Below, one piece after another: positions 10,814 through 20,930 of a DNA stretch of 59,919 bases (position 1 is its first letter; each line of letters begins with the position of its first letter). Under the pieces are notes generated by a model that saw only the letters and a list, made by a program, of their open reading frames with translations, made no database searches and was not told the DNA's origin. Source of the stretch: Chthonomonadales bacterium (GTDB lineage: Bacteria; Armatimonadota; Chthonomonadetes; Chthonomonadales; CAJBBX01); the NCBI GenBank assembly GCA_012517255.1, contig JAAYVH010000027.1, forward strand, positions 1 through 59,919, written 5' to 3'. The position numbers were made by a program, and so were the translations under genes.

Positions 10814-12829
10814 TTAGAACCGCGTCGCCTCGAGGTCCAGCATGAACCTGTGGTGCAGCGTGGAGTACGAGAGAACGAGATCGCGGCCAGCCAGGTTGCG
10901 CGCCAGCGATACGATATAGTCCGAGTAACTGCCAGCCGAGTAGCGATGGGCGCTCGCCGACAGTGACATGCGCCATCGGGGCGCGAGAAGATAATAGAGG
11001 TCGCCTACAAAGCTCATGGCGCCGGCATCGAGTACCATCGTGTTGTAGAGGTAAAGACCCCAGCGCTGCTCGCCGGAACTCAGGCTGAAGCTGAGCCGGT
11101 GATCACCCTCGGAGTAGTTCACGGGCTGCTTCAAGTAGTCGTAGCCCACCTGCAGCGAGCTGCTGCCGCCGAGGGATCGCATGGCGCTCACTGTCGCATT
11201 GACCGTGGCGCCTGTTGCGCCCCGCTTGCTCCATGTATGCCCCACCGACAGCGCATTGCTCAGCGTTGTTGAGCGATCCAGGCGTATCGAGGGCGTGAAC
11301 ATACGTGCCTGTAGCCCCTGCGTCAGACCGTAGCTTCTGAACTCCCCTGAGCGCGTCCGGGAGGTGGATATGCTGGCCCCCAGGGAGTACATGGCCCGTG
11401 TCGAAGCCAGCTTTGCGGGGATGGTCTCGACATAGGCATCGGCATGCGTGCCGGAGGAGCTCGGTCCCGTCAGGGTCGAGTTCGCCGAGGCGTTCAGACC
11501 GAGATACAGTCCGCCCATGCGGTGGCCAACGTTGCCGGACCCGAACACGCTGCGGTGCTGAGGGAAGTCGAGATGCAGGCCTGTGCGTGTGTCGGCTCCC
11601 AGCTCCTGGCTGTGGGTCCATCGGAATCCCCAGTCGCTCCGGGTAACGCCGGTGAATCCGAACTCGCCCGCATATCGGCCGCGCTGGGTCGAGTTATAGG
11701 CCTGGATCAGGTCCAGCGCGAGGCCTGGCCTCCGAGCATAGGCGCTGCCATATCGCTCGCCGTACTTGACGCGCACGAGCCCTCGCGACGCCGGCGTCAG
11801 ATCGTAGTAGAGGGGCAGGTCCACCCCTACGCCCTGCGTTCCGAGGCTCAGAAACTGATCGCTGAACAGCTGGTTTGAGTAGAGTGACAGCGAGTAGAAC
11901 GCGAGGGTGAAGAGATGCTGGCCGTCCTCATAGAAGCGCGGCCTCTTGAACTGCAGTTTCTCCCCGGGAAAGAGCGTGATCTGCCTCGCGACGATAACCA
12001 GCTTGGCATCGGCCGGGTCCGTCATCTCGAAGAACTTCGGCGCGATGCCGATGGCCACAGGCTCAGTCTTGAGATCCATGCCCTCGATCTGCACGGGAAC
12101 CAGCGAACGGCCCTGCTCCGCCACCGCGTAGCCCTTGCCGGTCATCACGTTGTAGAACAGCTTGGCCGCCCGCAACTCCGCCTTGCCGCGCTTGAGCGCC
12201 ACCATCCCCGACGCCCGGACGGTATTGGCCGAGCAGTCCACCTGCAGCCGCTCTGCCCGAAGCTCGAGGTTCCTGAAGCGCAGCTCTGCTCCGGCGAGCG
12301 CTGGCAGGCCGTTGGAGGGCGGACGCGACGCAGCATCTATCACCCGTTCGGCCGCCAGATAGGACAGAGCGCCGGACGCCGTCACAGAGACCCAGGTGTT
12401 GCCCTGAAACGTCTCTTCCGGGTCGTCCGTGAACAGCACATCCATCCGCTGGAATCCACCGCCAGCCACCGTGGCGCTCACGGTCGCCGTGCCCTTGCTT
12501 TGACTGGTCATCGTGACGCGTGCCGAGCCGGACCGCGTACGCACGGTTGCGCTGGGCCCCTCACGCGCGAAGATTCCGAGATTGGTCGTGAACACAACGG
12601 CCGTCCCATCAGGAACAAACCGCCCGGACCCGTCGCGCACCTCGGCGATGATCTCAACCGAGTCGCGCCCATCGCTGAGCGCAGCGAAGCGCGACGATGT
12701 CATGGTGATCGTGGGAGGTCCGGCTGCCCGACATACGCCGGCTATGCCCAGAAGCACGAGCGTTGAGCGCGCGAATCGCAGGAGTGAAATGGCTCGAACA
12801 GAAAAACGGGGATGCCGCGTGTCAGGCAT
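10814..12829 (-). CDS. Outer-membrane beta-barrel protein with N-terminal invasin/Big_1 Ig domain and OstA/LptD-like jellyroll
   Basis: Signal peptide; DGRDSVEIIAEVRD...VPDGTAVVFTT (Big_1); ELRAERLQVD...VRASG...LFYN (OstA-like); amphipathic aromatic-rich strands; terminal Phe. Start uncertain (12829-12871). Confidence 0.7.
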   Translation of the reverse strand: MPDTRHPRFSVRAISLLRFARSTLVLLGIAGVCRAAGPPTITMTSSRFAALSDGRDSVEIIAEVRDGSGRFVPDGTAVVFTTNLGIFAREGPSATVRTRSGSARVTMTSQSKGTATVSATVAGGGFQRMDVLFTDDPEETFQGNTWVSVTASGALSYLAAERVIDAASRPPSNGLPALAGAELRFRNLELRAERLQVDCSANTVRASGMVALKRGKAELRAAKLFYNVMTGKGYAVAEQGRSLVPVQIEGMDLKTEPVAIGIAPKFFEMTDPADAKLVIVARQITLFPGEKLQFKRPRFYEDGQHLFTLAFYSLSLYSNQLFSDQFLSLGTQGVGVDLPLYYDLTPASRGLVRVKYGERYGSAYARRPGLALDLIQAYNSTQRGRYAGEFGFTGVTRSDWGFRWTHSQELGADTRTGLHLDFPQHRSVFGSGNVGHRMGGLYLGLNASANSTLTGPSSSGTHADAYVETIPAKLASTRAMYSLGASISTSRTRSGEFRSYGLTQGLQARMFTPSIRLDRSTTLSNALSVGHTWSKRGATGATVNATVSAMRSLGGSSSLQVGYDYLKQPVNYSEGDHRLSFSLSSGEQRWGLYLYNTMVLDAGAMSFVGDLYYLLAPRWRMSLSASAHRYSAGSYSDYIVSLARNLAGRDLVLSYSTLHHRFMLDLEATRF

Positions 12830-12896
12830 GAGCCGAACTCGACATCCCCCCATAGTTGCTCGCTCGATCATGTCCTGATCGAGCGCATATGGATTC

Positions 12897-13691
12897 CTAT
12901 CGAGGCGGAGGGGGCGGACTCTCGATACCCGAGCCGCCGCTGCCGCCACCGCCCGAAAGACCGATTCCCAGGCCAAGACCGATCGCGAGGAGTCCCCAGA
13001 CCCAGTCGTTGTTGCGCTTCTTCTTCTCGGTGGTGGTCTTCACCGGCTGCTCCACCACGACAGCCCCGCCCACGGGCGCCAGTTGCGCCATCAGCTTCTC
13101 GCTGGCCTGCCGGACCGCATCAAGGTTCAGCTCTTCTTCCTTGCTGCGCTCGTTGCCCTTGGCGCTGCTCGCGGACAGGCTGACATTCTTCAGCACCTGC
13201 CCGGTCTCTACTACCAGAATGCGCCCGCTGACGGTGACGGTCACCTGCCGGTCGCTTTCGTTGTACTGATAGTCGTCGAGCGAGCCGACACACACAGTGT
13301 CATAGCCAACCGCCTTGGCGACCTTCACCGACTTCCGGTTGTCCTCGGCGAACGGCGGGATGATGTCCGCCTCGGGTAGCTGCTGGTCATTGTGCAACCG
13401 TGCGACCGGCGGCCACGCCCGATAGAACGTCGTCACCGTGTACTGGTTGGACGCGATGAGCCTCGAAGCGGCTGCATCGGTCAGCAACGCCGACAGCTCC
13501 TCTGCATTGGTCGCAGTCGAGCTGGGCACATCGAACGGGAAGAGCAGCAGGGTCTTCTTGAGCACATGGCCCAGATTCCCCTTCTCAGCCCGCTTGCCGG
13601 TCTGTGCGCCGACCGAGGTTGTGAGCACGAGCGCCGCACACAGCATTCCACACAGCATCCATGCGCCATGCGGTCGTTTCGTCTTCATCAA
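12897..13691 (-). CDS. Secreted CsgG/FlgO/TolB-N-like fold protein with C-terminal hydrophobic segment and poly-Pro tail
   Basis: Signal peptide; LLLFPFD...LTDAAASRL...AKAVGYDTVCVGS...RILVVETGQV pattern; KKK..WVWGLLAIGLGLGIGLSGGGG..SPPPPPR. Confidence 0.6.
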   Translation of the reverse strand: MMKTKRPHGAWMLCGMLCAALVLTTSVGAQTGKRAEKGNLGHVLKKTLLLFPFDVPSSTATNAEELSALLTDAAASRLIASNQYTVTTFYRAWPPVARLHNDQQLPEADIIPPFAEDNRKSVKVAKAVGYDTVCVGSLDDYQYNESDRQVTVTVSGRILVVETGQVLKNVSLSASSAKGNERSKEEELNLDAVRQASEKLMAQLAPVGGAVVVEQPVKTTTEKKKRNNDWVWGLLAIGLGLGIGLSGGGGSGGSGIESPPPPPR

Positions 13692-13755
13692 GCTACGTTA
13701 CCTCCCCACATCGCGGGGACCGACCGTGGTCGGTCCCGTTGACGTGAACGTATCG

Positions 13756-16700
13756 TTAGCGCACCAGCGTGACCGGCAGTATCGCCGTCGCGGCGCGGCC
13801 CTCACCATCGGTGGCTGTCAGTTTCACAAGATAGGTTCCGCTCGGCACCGAGATGCCCTTCTGGTCGCGGCCATCCCACAGCAGGACGTTGGCGCCTTCC
13901 GTGGCCGATCTACCCTGCGAGAGCGTCCGAACCACATTGCCGGCGGAGCCGACGATCTGGGCGCGAACCGTCGCCGGTCCGGACAGCGTGTAGGCAAAGG
14001 CGAGGGAGCCTGCCGACCGGCCCGTGGTCTTGAGATCGCTGATGACCAGTCTGCTGTTGGCGGTAACTGGCCGAACGAGCAACGCGAACCTGCGAGCGCC
14101 CGCGTTTTCGCCGGAGTTGAACACGTAGGTGCCCGATGTTGCGAGAGCACGGGTTGTGTTCGTCGCCAGATCCACCAGCGTGATCTCAGCCTTGCGTCCG
14201 AGTACCGCCACGTTCGGGAACGCCAGCGTCACGTCAGCGTTCGCCTTGTTGGTGACAGCCTCGAAGGCAACAACCGTCTGGCCGGCTCTTGTCGGCACCT
14301 GTCCCGCCACCTCGGTCGCCGGTATCTGCTGGATCGAAGCGTATTCGCCGACAAACGGCGGCTTCTCGACGAACGCTCGGGTGGCCGGGCTCAGGCTCAG
14401 ATAGTTGTCTGCGTCGAGCCGATTGTCAAGCCGTGCCGTCACCTGGATGGCGTTGGCGGTCACGTCGGCATCTCTGCTGCCAGCGGCTGCCTTCGTTCCC
14501 GGGGTTGGCAGGATGATCTCGCAGGGCTGCAGCACGCGCACCCAGTAGCCGCGTCCGGGCTTCAGGACGCCGCCCGATTGGATGAGCGTGTAGCCGCCGG
14601 TTGTCGGGTTGTAGCCCCAGGCGTAGGGTCGGAGCACGTCGCCAGCGTTTGCCAACGGCAGGACGTTGCCCTGGAAGCGCACCTGCACGGCGCCCCAGTT
14701 GATGTCCTGGTTGAACACGGAGCCGATCATGTTCCAGCCGGGAGCCACACCGATCGTGTATGGCAACGTCTGATCCCAGATCTTGCCGCGCGGGTTCAGC
14801 GTTACGGCCTCGGTCGGCAGCGTCCAGTATGCACGTCCGCCTCCAGCGCCCGGGAAGGTCGCGTCGCGGTTGAGCGACACATACTTGCCGTTCGGCGGCA
14901 CCGTCGGCGACCAGACAACGAGATCGAGGACAGACACAGGAGCGGTCGACCCATTGCTGCGGACCGGGTTGAAGGTCAGCGACGGATCCGGCGTGACGGG
15001 CACGATCGGCAAGCTGATCATGTCGAGAACGCCGGCGGCAAGCGGCACGGCAGTTCCTGTAACCTTGAACGACGCTTCCGCTGCGGCGGCGTCATACGTT
15101 CCCGGTACGCCTATCCAGTCGAGCTTGACTTTCCAATCGCCCGTCTGGTCCAGCGTGGTGCTGGACGTGTACGTGAACGCGCCATCGGCTGCAGTGGTGA
15201 GGCTCGCCGTCGCTCCGCTGCCGTCGGGCTTCACCAGTTGCACGGCTACCTGCTGAGCGCCGATCGGCGAGTTGGTATCGAGCCGTCCTTGAACCGTTAC
15301 CGTGCCACCGACAACGATGGGACCGCCGGGACCAGCCGGAGGCTGCGAGACGCCGGTGATGACGAAGTAGGCGGTGTTCAGAGTCGGACCTGCGAGGTCA
15401 CCCGCCGCAGGATACCGAACGACCGCATCACTCACGGTGTCCTTGGCCTCGAACCTGTAGGAGTGGTTTCTCTGCCGCTCATCCCGCGGGAAGCGGAACT
15501 TGAACTCATAGAGGACGCCTACGCGGTAGTCGGTGCTTGTAGTCGCCCTGGTCATGTCATGGGCAACGCCGTCAATCAGAACGCGCACATACTGCGGCGC
15601 ATTGTTGTCAGCGTTCGTGTAGATCACCTGGTAGGTGAAGTCCGTCGACGGCGGTCCGAGCTGCGGTTTGAGCGTGCCGTCCGTCGGCGCGCTCAACGCC
15701 AACAGCGCATTCGACACTGTCGGACCGTTGAGATTGTTCAGGCTGGCAGGCGTCAATCCATCGGTCGCCCGGAAGCTGTAGGTATGAGCGCCCACAGCCA
15801 GCTCCATAGACGTGGTGTCGTAGCCGTAAATGACGCCGGTGCGGTAGTCGAATGGACCGGAGCCCTGCGGCGTCAGATTCACGGTCTTCTCTGAAGCCTG
15901 GCCTTCGTCAATCACCAGCTGGATGGACTGCGGCGCCGTGTTGTCCAGATGGGTGTACTTCACCCGGTAGCGGTAGATCGTTGATCGTATGCCAGCTATC
16001 GGGTCCAGCGTCCCGTCATTCGTGTTCGGGTCGGATGGCCCGGGCGCCGCCAGGACCGGAATGTTCCGGACGGACATGTTGGTGATGTTGGAGCCGCCAG
16101 CAGGAAGCTGCACGGTGTCGCCCATCGCTCCCGGTCCGTCGAACGCAACAAACCGGAACTGAATGTCGCCGGGGTCGATGTTCGACAGCTCGAGCTCATA
16201 GACAACACCGTTGGCATAGTCGTTGGAGGTTGCAACCATCGGCCTCGGCGTGCCCTCGTTCAGGATCAGGTGCACATAGTGATCCGCCTCGGGCACGTTC
16301 GGGTTGTTCTGGTCTATGTCTCGGTACGTTATCCGGAACAGGTACCGATCGTTCAGCGTGCCGACAAGCTGCGGCGTCAACTGGTTGTTCGGCCCGACGG
16401 TACTGACCACGCCAGAACCGACCTTGGTCACCTCCACCGTCGAAAGCTCAGGCGGGAAGTTGACCTTGGGGCCGCTGAGCTCACCCGTGGGCGGCAACAG
16501 CACGGTCTGGAAGCGGTCCTGCGCCTCAAACCGGAACGCATGCGTACCCGGCGGCAAGCGCTGCGGATCGCTCTCGTAGATCACGCCGTTCACGTAGTCC
16601 AGCGGATCACCCGTCTTCGGCTTCAGGTCGTAGATCAACGGCACGCCGCTCGGATTGACGATCACCTGGATCCGGTATGGCGCGATGTTGTCGCTGTGCG

Positions 16701-19700
16701 TGTACTTGACGCTGTAGACGTAGGTGTTGGCCTGGTTGCCGCGGTCGGGAGTGACGCTGCCATCAGACAGGGTCATGATCCCAGCGGAGTCGATCTGGAA
16801 CGCTGCCGGTACCGCGGGAACCGGGTCGGCAGGCTCCGTGTCATCCGAGGCCAGGAACTGGTAGATGTGGCTGCCTACCCCTATGGTAGAGCCTGGAATG
16901 GTCCACGTGTATACGACGCCAGCCTTGTAGTCGGCAACCGTCGGGTTTGCAGGCGTGCTGACCGGCTGGACGGCCACCGGCTGGCGGTTGATCTGCAGTT
17001 CCATCCTCGACGGGGCATCGCCCAGCATCGCATCGGTGTACTTGACGCTGAACACGACGTCCTGAGCGGCTGTCGCGGGGTTGGGCGCAACGCTCCAGTC
17101 GCTCAGCACCGGCTTGTCATTGACCAGGAGCTGCTGGTACGGAACGTAGCTCTGGGTCCGATCGCCCTGGAAGCCCACCGTGATCGTGTGCTGCCCAGGC
17201 TCGAGCGGAGCGCTCGGCGCGGTCAACTGGGCCCGGAAGCGCACTCCGTTCTGATAGGCGCCCGGAACGATCGGGTCAATGGCTGTCATCACGGTGTAGG
17301 TGTAGTTTGCCCCCGTCGTATCCGAGACCCACAGCTCGATGGGCCCGCGCCCGCTGTCTTCCGGCGCGCGATCGTCCTGGCTGCGGTACGTTACGGTGAA
17401 CTGGTAGAGCTGGTTGCTGCGGCCCTTCGGGAACGGCTCGATGGTCAGGTCGGTGAGACTGGCCGTGCTGGTGACCACGACCGGAAGATCCGCCGGAATG
17501 GGATCGCCATTCCCGTCGACATCATCGGCGAGAAGCGGACGTCGGCTCATCCCTGCGCCATCGGTTGCCTCGAAGTGATACACGTGATGGCCGATGGGCA
17601 GCGCCGTACCGCCTATGTATCGCACCTTTGTCCGGTAGTCCACCGGCGTCGGCGTATTCGGATCACGCTGCAGCGGGAACCGCGTGTTGTTGTCAACGAC
17701 GAGATAGACGCCCTCGGTCACGCCGTCGGTAAGGATCGGCGGCTGATTGTCGGCGTCGGTGTAGTCAATGGCGAACTGGAAGATGGTTGTGGTGTCGCCC
17801 GTGGTCTGCGAGATGGTCTTGTAGTTCAGCGGTTTGTCGTAAGCGTCAGGCAGATCAAGGACAGGAACGACGTTCTCGTTCACCACCGGTCCCACAGTCT
17901 GTTCGTACCGGTAGGACACCCGCACCACGTCGTTGGGGCCTGCCGTCGGGATGGTGATCCGTCCGGCAGCGCTGTCAACGGAGAAGTCCCCCGGAGCCAG
18001 CAGCGTAGAAACTCCGCCGGACGTCAGCCAGACGAACAGCGTCGGGTCATTGACCCATGCTCGCGTCCCGGCCGGGTCATCGTAGACCGTCGGAGCCACC
18101 ATGCGCAACACGCGAGCGGTGTTCAGTTGCAGCGATGTCGCGCCGGTGCCAACCGTGACCAGATTCGTCTGATCCACGCCGTCGCTCGTGCCAAACCGGA
18201 ACCGGTATTCCTGTCCCAGTCCGGCGGGCGCGAGCCGAATCGGCGCTGCCAGATGATACTGCACTCCGGATGCGTAGTTGGTACCGCTCTCGGACGGGAT
18301 CAGCGAAGTACCAGGGTCGGTGGTCAGGCGCTGGCCCGTGGCGCTGTCGTAGAGCTCGATGAATATCTTCAGGCTGTTCGGCGCATTGTTATCAGCATCC
18401 CGATACCGTACGAAGAAGTCGTACTTCGTCGCGGAGTTGTACGCCGTGTCGCTTGCTGCAACGCTGACCTCGCGGAGCTCTGGCGCGCTGTTGGCAATGA
18501 TCGTCGGACCCTCAATGACGTTGCTCGGGTTGCCGCTGTCGTCGCCTTGCGGGAAGGTCACCCATTCGCCAAACTCCCGGCGTATGGGCCGGTTCGAGGT
18601 CGCCCAGTTATCGCGGAACTGGAAGTAGAAGTTGTACTTGTTCAGCGGAACGCCCGGAAGCTGGTTCAAGACCAACCGGTACCGTCGTCCCTGAGCATAG
18701 CTATTGCCAGCATCCTCCGGAGCCTCGGTCATGCGATAGCGCCAGTGCTCCGGCTTGTTGTTGATGATCACCCATGCATCGGCCGGCGGATCGTTGTCGG
18801 CGTCGCGATACAGCACCTCATACACAAAGGACGTACCGAGAACGCCTGACGAGGGCGTCACCTTGCCGCCCGACAGCTCTGGCCGGTTGTTCACCCACGG
18901 CTCGAGCATGTAGTTCTTGCCAACGCGGTTGACCGATCCGAAGAACAGCGCGTCGTTTCGGTTGGGAAGGCTTGCGCCCTGCGGGTCATCTGCCGGGCGT
19001 CGCGGCCAGATGCAGCGGTTCACGCCATCGTCAGCTTCAAAGTAGATGGCATGTCGCCCCTCGTTGCCCGGCCCTAGCACTGTGTCGTAGTAGTAGAGCA
19101 CGCCCTGAGCGTAGTCTATCGCCCCCTGGTTCGGAGCGACCTGCATCATGTAGGGTCGCATCGAACCGTCGGCCATGCTGCCGATCCACACGCGGACCGT
19201 CAGCGGCCCCGATATGCTGACCTGGGGTACGTGCACCACGCGGACCTGGAACCGAACCTTGGTCTTAGTTGTCACGCGGGAGCGGCGAGCGTTCGACGCG
19301 AGGGTCGTGGTCGGATCATTGTACGGCGGCCACGGTTCTATGTTCAGCAGGTAGTTCGGCGGCTTCTGCAGGTTGCGGTTCTCGATCAGGTCATCCGTCC
19401 AGTGGCCGTCCACCAGGATGGGCGTAACGTACGGATGAACGTAGGGGATCTCCGCGTCCACGTTGCGCGGATCCGGCTCGTCACTGTCCTGCAGGCGTCG
19501 GTACCGCGTCGGGGTCTGCCCCCAGTTCTCTCTGTAGTCCGTCCATCGGCGATTGGGAGGATCCCCCACCGAGGTAGCGAGGAAGTTGTCGGCGTTCTGA
19601 TCGTTGCCGATCGCAGGATCCGGTCGAAAGTCAATGGACGATCGGATGTAGTAGCCCCACTGGCCGGCGCGTCCTCCCACGCCTGTGCTGTAGATCGGCA

Positions 19701-20880
19701 TGGGCGGTGGCGGCGACATGAACGCCGCGTACAGGATCGTCGAATCCAGCTCGTTGAACGAGGCATACACATTGGCGAACGGACGACCCGTGAAGGTCGT
19801 TCCTATGCCGCCTCCCAGCGGAATAGTCGGGAGGCCGTCAGGCACCGTGAACTGCGGCGACATGCTCTGAAGGTCACCGCCGAAGAACGTTGCCATCCCA
19901 TCCCACCAGAACTCCGTGGGTTCCATCGTGTAGGAGTAGATGACGCCGCTTGCCAGCGCCTGATTGGCCTGGGGATGAAGGAACGGTCCTTCAGTCGGAT
20001 AGGTTGCGAGCGGATCAATCTCCGGCGCCTGCATGGGGCTGACCCGTACGTTGCCGGCGGGATCAACGAGATACAGAAGTACGCCGGAGCGCAGCCGGTC
20101 ATAGCGGTCCTGGTTCCCGAACCACAGGTTCCAGTAGTCGAACGTGCTCGGCCGCTGGAAGAGTCCCGGCGGCAGGCCGCCCAGAGTACGAACCCTGACA
20201 CGCCACGTGAACCGGTGAGCCCCGCCGCCATCATTGGGCCTCGTGTCATCCTGCGGATCAACCCGCAGTCCGTTCCCGTTCTGGCCGGGTCCGGGCGCGA
20301 TATCATCGTTGCCGCTGGCATCCACCGGGATCAGCTCAACCGCCCACTGCCCTGACGACGTATCCCGCACCGATGGGTAGACGTTCACGTTCAGCGTGTC
20401 GCTGGCCGCCATCGAAGCCGTGCCCTGACTGTCCACTTCCCATGCTTCCACAGCCCAGTTCGAGGAGACGGTCCTGCCTGAGCCTGACAGCGGCACGGTA
20501 TGCCCGTCGGCAAGGTCCGGAATCGTGTTGCCCCGCACAAACGCTATCCAGAACGTATCTCGCCCGAAGCTGCTGCGGGTCATGTCACGTTCCATGGTGA
20601 CGCGCCGGCGCGATATGATGATGCCGTTTGTCGCATCCACAAGCTGAACGCCGAGGTGCAGGTTCGGCGTACCCACCAGGTTCGACGTGTCGGCGCTCGG
20701 CGAGACGACTGCGCGGAACACGAACCAGGTCTGCTCGGTCCCTGCCTCGGTCGAATCGTCCACCCGCACTGCGAAGCACTCCGCACTCACGTTCGGAGCG
20801 GCCATGGCAGGAAGGGCCATGAGCGCCCCAAGAACGCCCGCTGCAAAGAGCCAGCGCAGTACGCCGCGATAGGATTTCAT
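13756..20880 (-). CDS. Giant secreted repeat protein (2374 aa) with shared C-terminal module and FlgD-Ig domain
   Basis: Signal peptide (MKSYRG...AMA); about 10 YxDxDNxP...DYxxGVxY...GxHxYxFxAxD repeats; C-terminal WDGRD..G..VPSGTY. Confidence 0.85.
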   Translation of the reverse strand: MKSYRGVLRWLFAAGVLGALMALPAMAAPNVSAECFAVRVDDSTEAGTEQTWFVFRAVVSPSADTSNLVGTPNLHLGVQLVDATNGIIISRRRVTMERDMTRSSFGRDTFWIAFVRGNTIPDLADGHTVPLSGSGRTVSSNWAVEAWEVDSQGTASMAASDTLNVNVYPSVRDTSSGQWAVELIPVDASGNDDIAPGPGQNGNGLRVDPQDDTRPNDGGGAHRFTWRVRVRTLGGLPPGLFQRPSTFDYWNLWFGNQDRYDRLRSGVLLYLVDPAGNVRVSPMQAPEIDPLATYPTEGPFLHPQANQALASGVIYSYTMEPTEFWWDGMATFFGGDLQSMSPQFTVPDGLPTIPLGGGIGTTFTGRPFANVYASFNELDSTILYAAFMSPPPPMPIYSTGVGGRAGQWGYYIRSSIDFRPDPAIGNDQNADNFLATSVGDPPNRRWTDYRENWGQTPTRYRRLQDSDEPDPRNVDAEIPYVHPYVTPILVDGHWTDDLIENRNLQKPPNYLLNIEPWPPYNDPTTTLASNARRSRVTTKTKVRFQVRVVHVPQVSISGPLTVRVWIGSMADGSMRPYMMQVAPNQGAIDYAQGVLYYYDTVLGPGNEGRHAIYFEADDGVNRCIWPRRPADDPQGASLPNRNDALFFGSVNRVGKNYMLEPWVNNRPELSGGKVTPSSGVLGTSFVYEVLYRDADNDPPADAWVIINNKPEHWRYRMTEAPEDAGNSYAQGRRYRLVLNQLPGVPLNKYNFYFQFRDNWATSNRPIRREFGEWVTFPQGDDSGNPSNVIEGPTIIANSAPELREVSVAASDTAYNSATKYDFFVRYRDADNNAPNSLKIFIELYDSATGQRLTTDPGTSLIPSESGTNYASGVQYHLAAPIRLAPAGLGQEYRFRFGTSDGVDQTNLVTVGTGATSLQLNTARVLRMVAPTVYDDPAGTRAWVNDPTLFVWLTSGGVSTLLAPGDFSVDSAAGRITIPTAGPNDVVRVSYRYEQTVGPVVNENVVPVLDLPDAYDKPLNYKTISQTTGDTTTIFQFAIDYTDADNQPPILTDGVTEGVYLVVDNNTRFPLQRDPNTPTPVDYRTKVRYIGGTALPIGHHVYHFEATDGAGMSRRPLLADDVDGNGDPIPADLPVVVTSTASLTDLTIEPFPKGRSNQLYQFTVTYRSQDDRAPEDSGRGPIELWVSDTTGANYTYTVMTAIDPIVPGAYQNGVRFRAQLTAPSAPLEPGQHTITVGFQGDRTQSYVPYQQLLVNDKPVLSDWSVAPNPATAAQDVVFSVKYTDAMLGDAPSRMELQINRQPVAVQPVSTPANPTVADYKAGVVYTWTIPGSTIGVGSHIYQFLASDDTEPADPVPAVPAAFQIDSAGIMTLSDGSVTPDRGNQANTYVYSVKYTHSDNIAPYRIQVIVNPSGVPLIYDLKPKTGDPLDYVNGVIYESDPQRLPPGTHAFRFEAQDRFQTVLLPPTGELSGPKVNFPPELSTVEVTKVGSGVVSTVGPNNQLTPQLVGTLNDRYLFRITYRDIDQNNPNVPEADHYVHLILNEGTPRPMVATSNDYANGVVYELELSNIDPGDIQFRFVAFDGPGAMGDTVQLPAGGSNITNMSVRNIPVLAAPGPSDPNTNDGTLDPIAGIRSTIYRYRVKYTHLDNTAPQSIQLVIDEGQASEKTVNLTPQGSGPFDYRTGVIYGYDTTSMELAVGAHTYSFRATDGLTPASLNNLNGPTVSNALLALSAPTDGTLKPQLGPPSTDFTYQVIYTNADNNAPQYVRVLIDGVAHDMTRATTSTDYRVGVLYEFKFRFPRDERQRNHSYRFEAKDTVSDAVVRYPAAGDLAGPTLNTAYFVITGVSQPPAGPGGPIVVGGTVTVQGRLDTNSPIGAQQVAVQLVKPDGSGATASLTTAADGAFTYTSSTTLDQTGDWKVKLDWIGVPGTYDAAAAEASFKVTGTAVPLAAGVLDMISLPIVPVTPDPSLTFNPVRSNGSTAPVSVLDLVVWSPTVPPNGKYVSLNRDATFPGAGGGRAYWTLPTEAVTLNPRGKIWDQTLPYTIGVAPGWNMIGSVFNQDINWGAVQVRFQGNVLPLANAGDVLRPYAWGYNPTTGGYTLIQSGGVLKPGRGYWVRVLQPCEIILPTPGTKAAAGSRDADVTANAIQVTARLDNRLDADNYLSLSPATRAFVEKPPFVGEYASIQQIPATEVAGQVPTRAGQTVVAFEAVTNKANADVTLAFPNVAVLGRKAEITLVDLATNTTRALATSGTYVFNSGENAGARRFALLVRPVTANSRLVISDLKTTGRSAGSLAFAYTLSGPATVRAQIVGSAGNVVRTLSQGRSATEGANVLLWDGRDQKGISVPSGTYLVKLTATDGEGRAATAILPVTLVR

Positions 20881-20930
20881 ATGTCTCTCCCTCAACCCCA
20901 ACGTAGCTCGTCTATGGGTGGATCCGACCA

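Noticed and set aside
13438-20355. Long plus-strand ORFs (818, 859, 374 aa) antisense to the giant repeat protein
   Set aside because: Arg/His/Val-rich with no motifs; typical stop-poor shadow frames of high-GC coding sequence.
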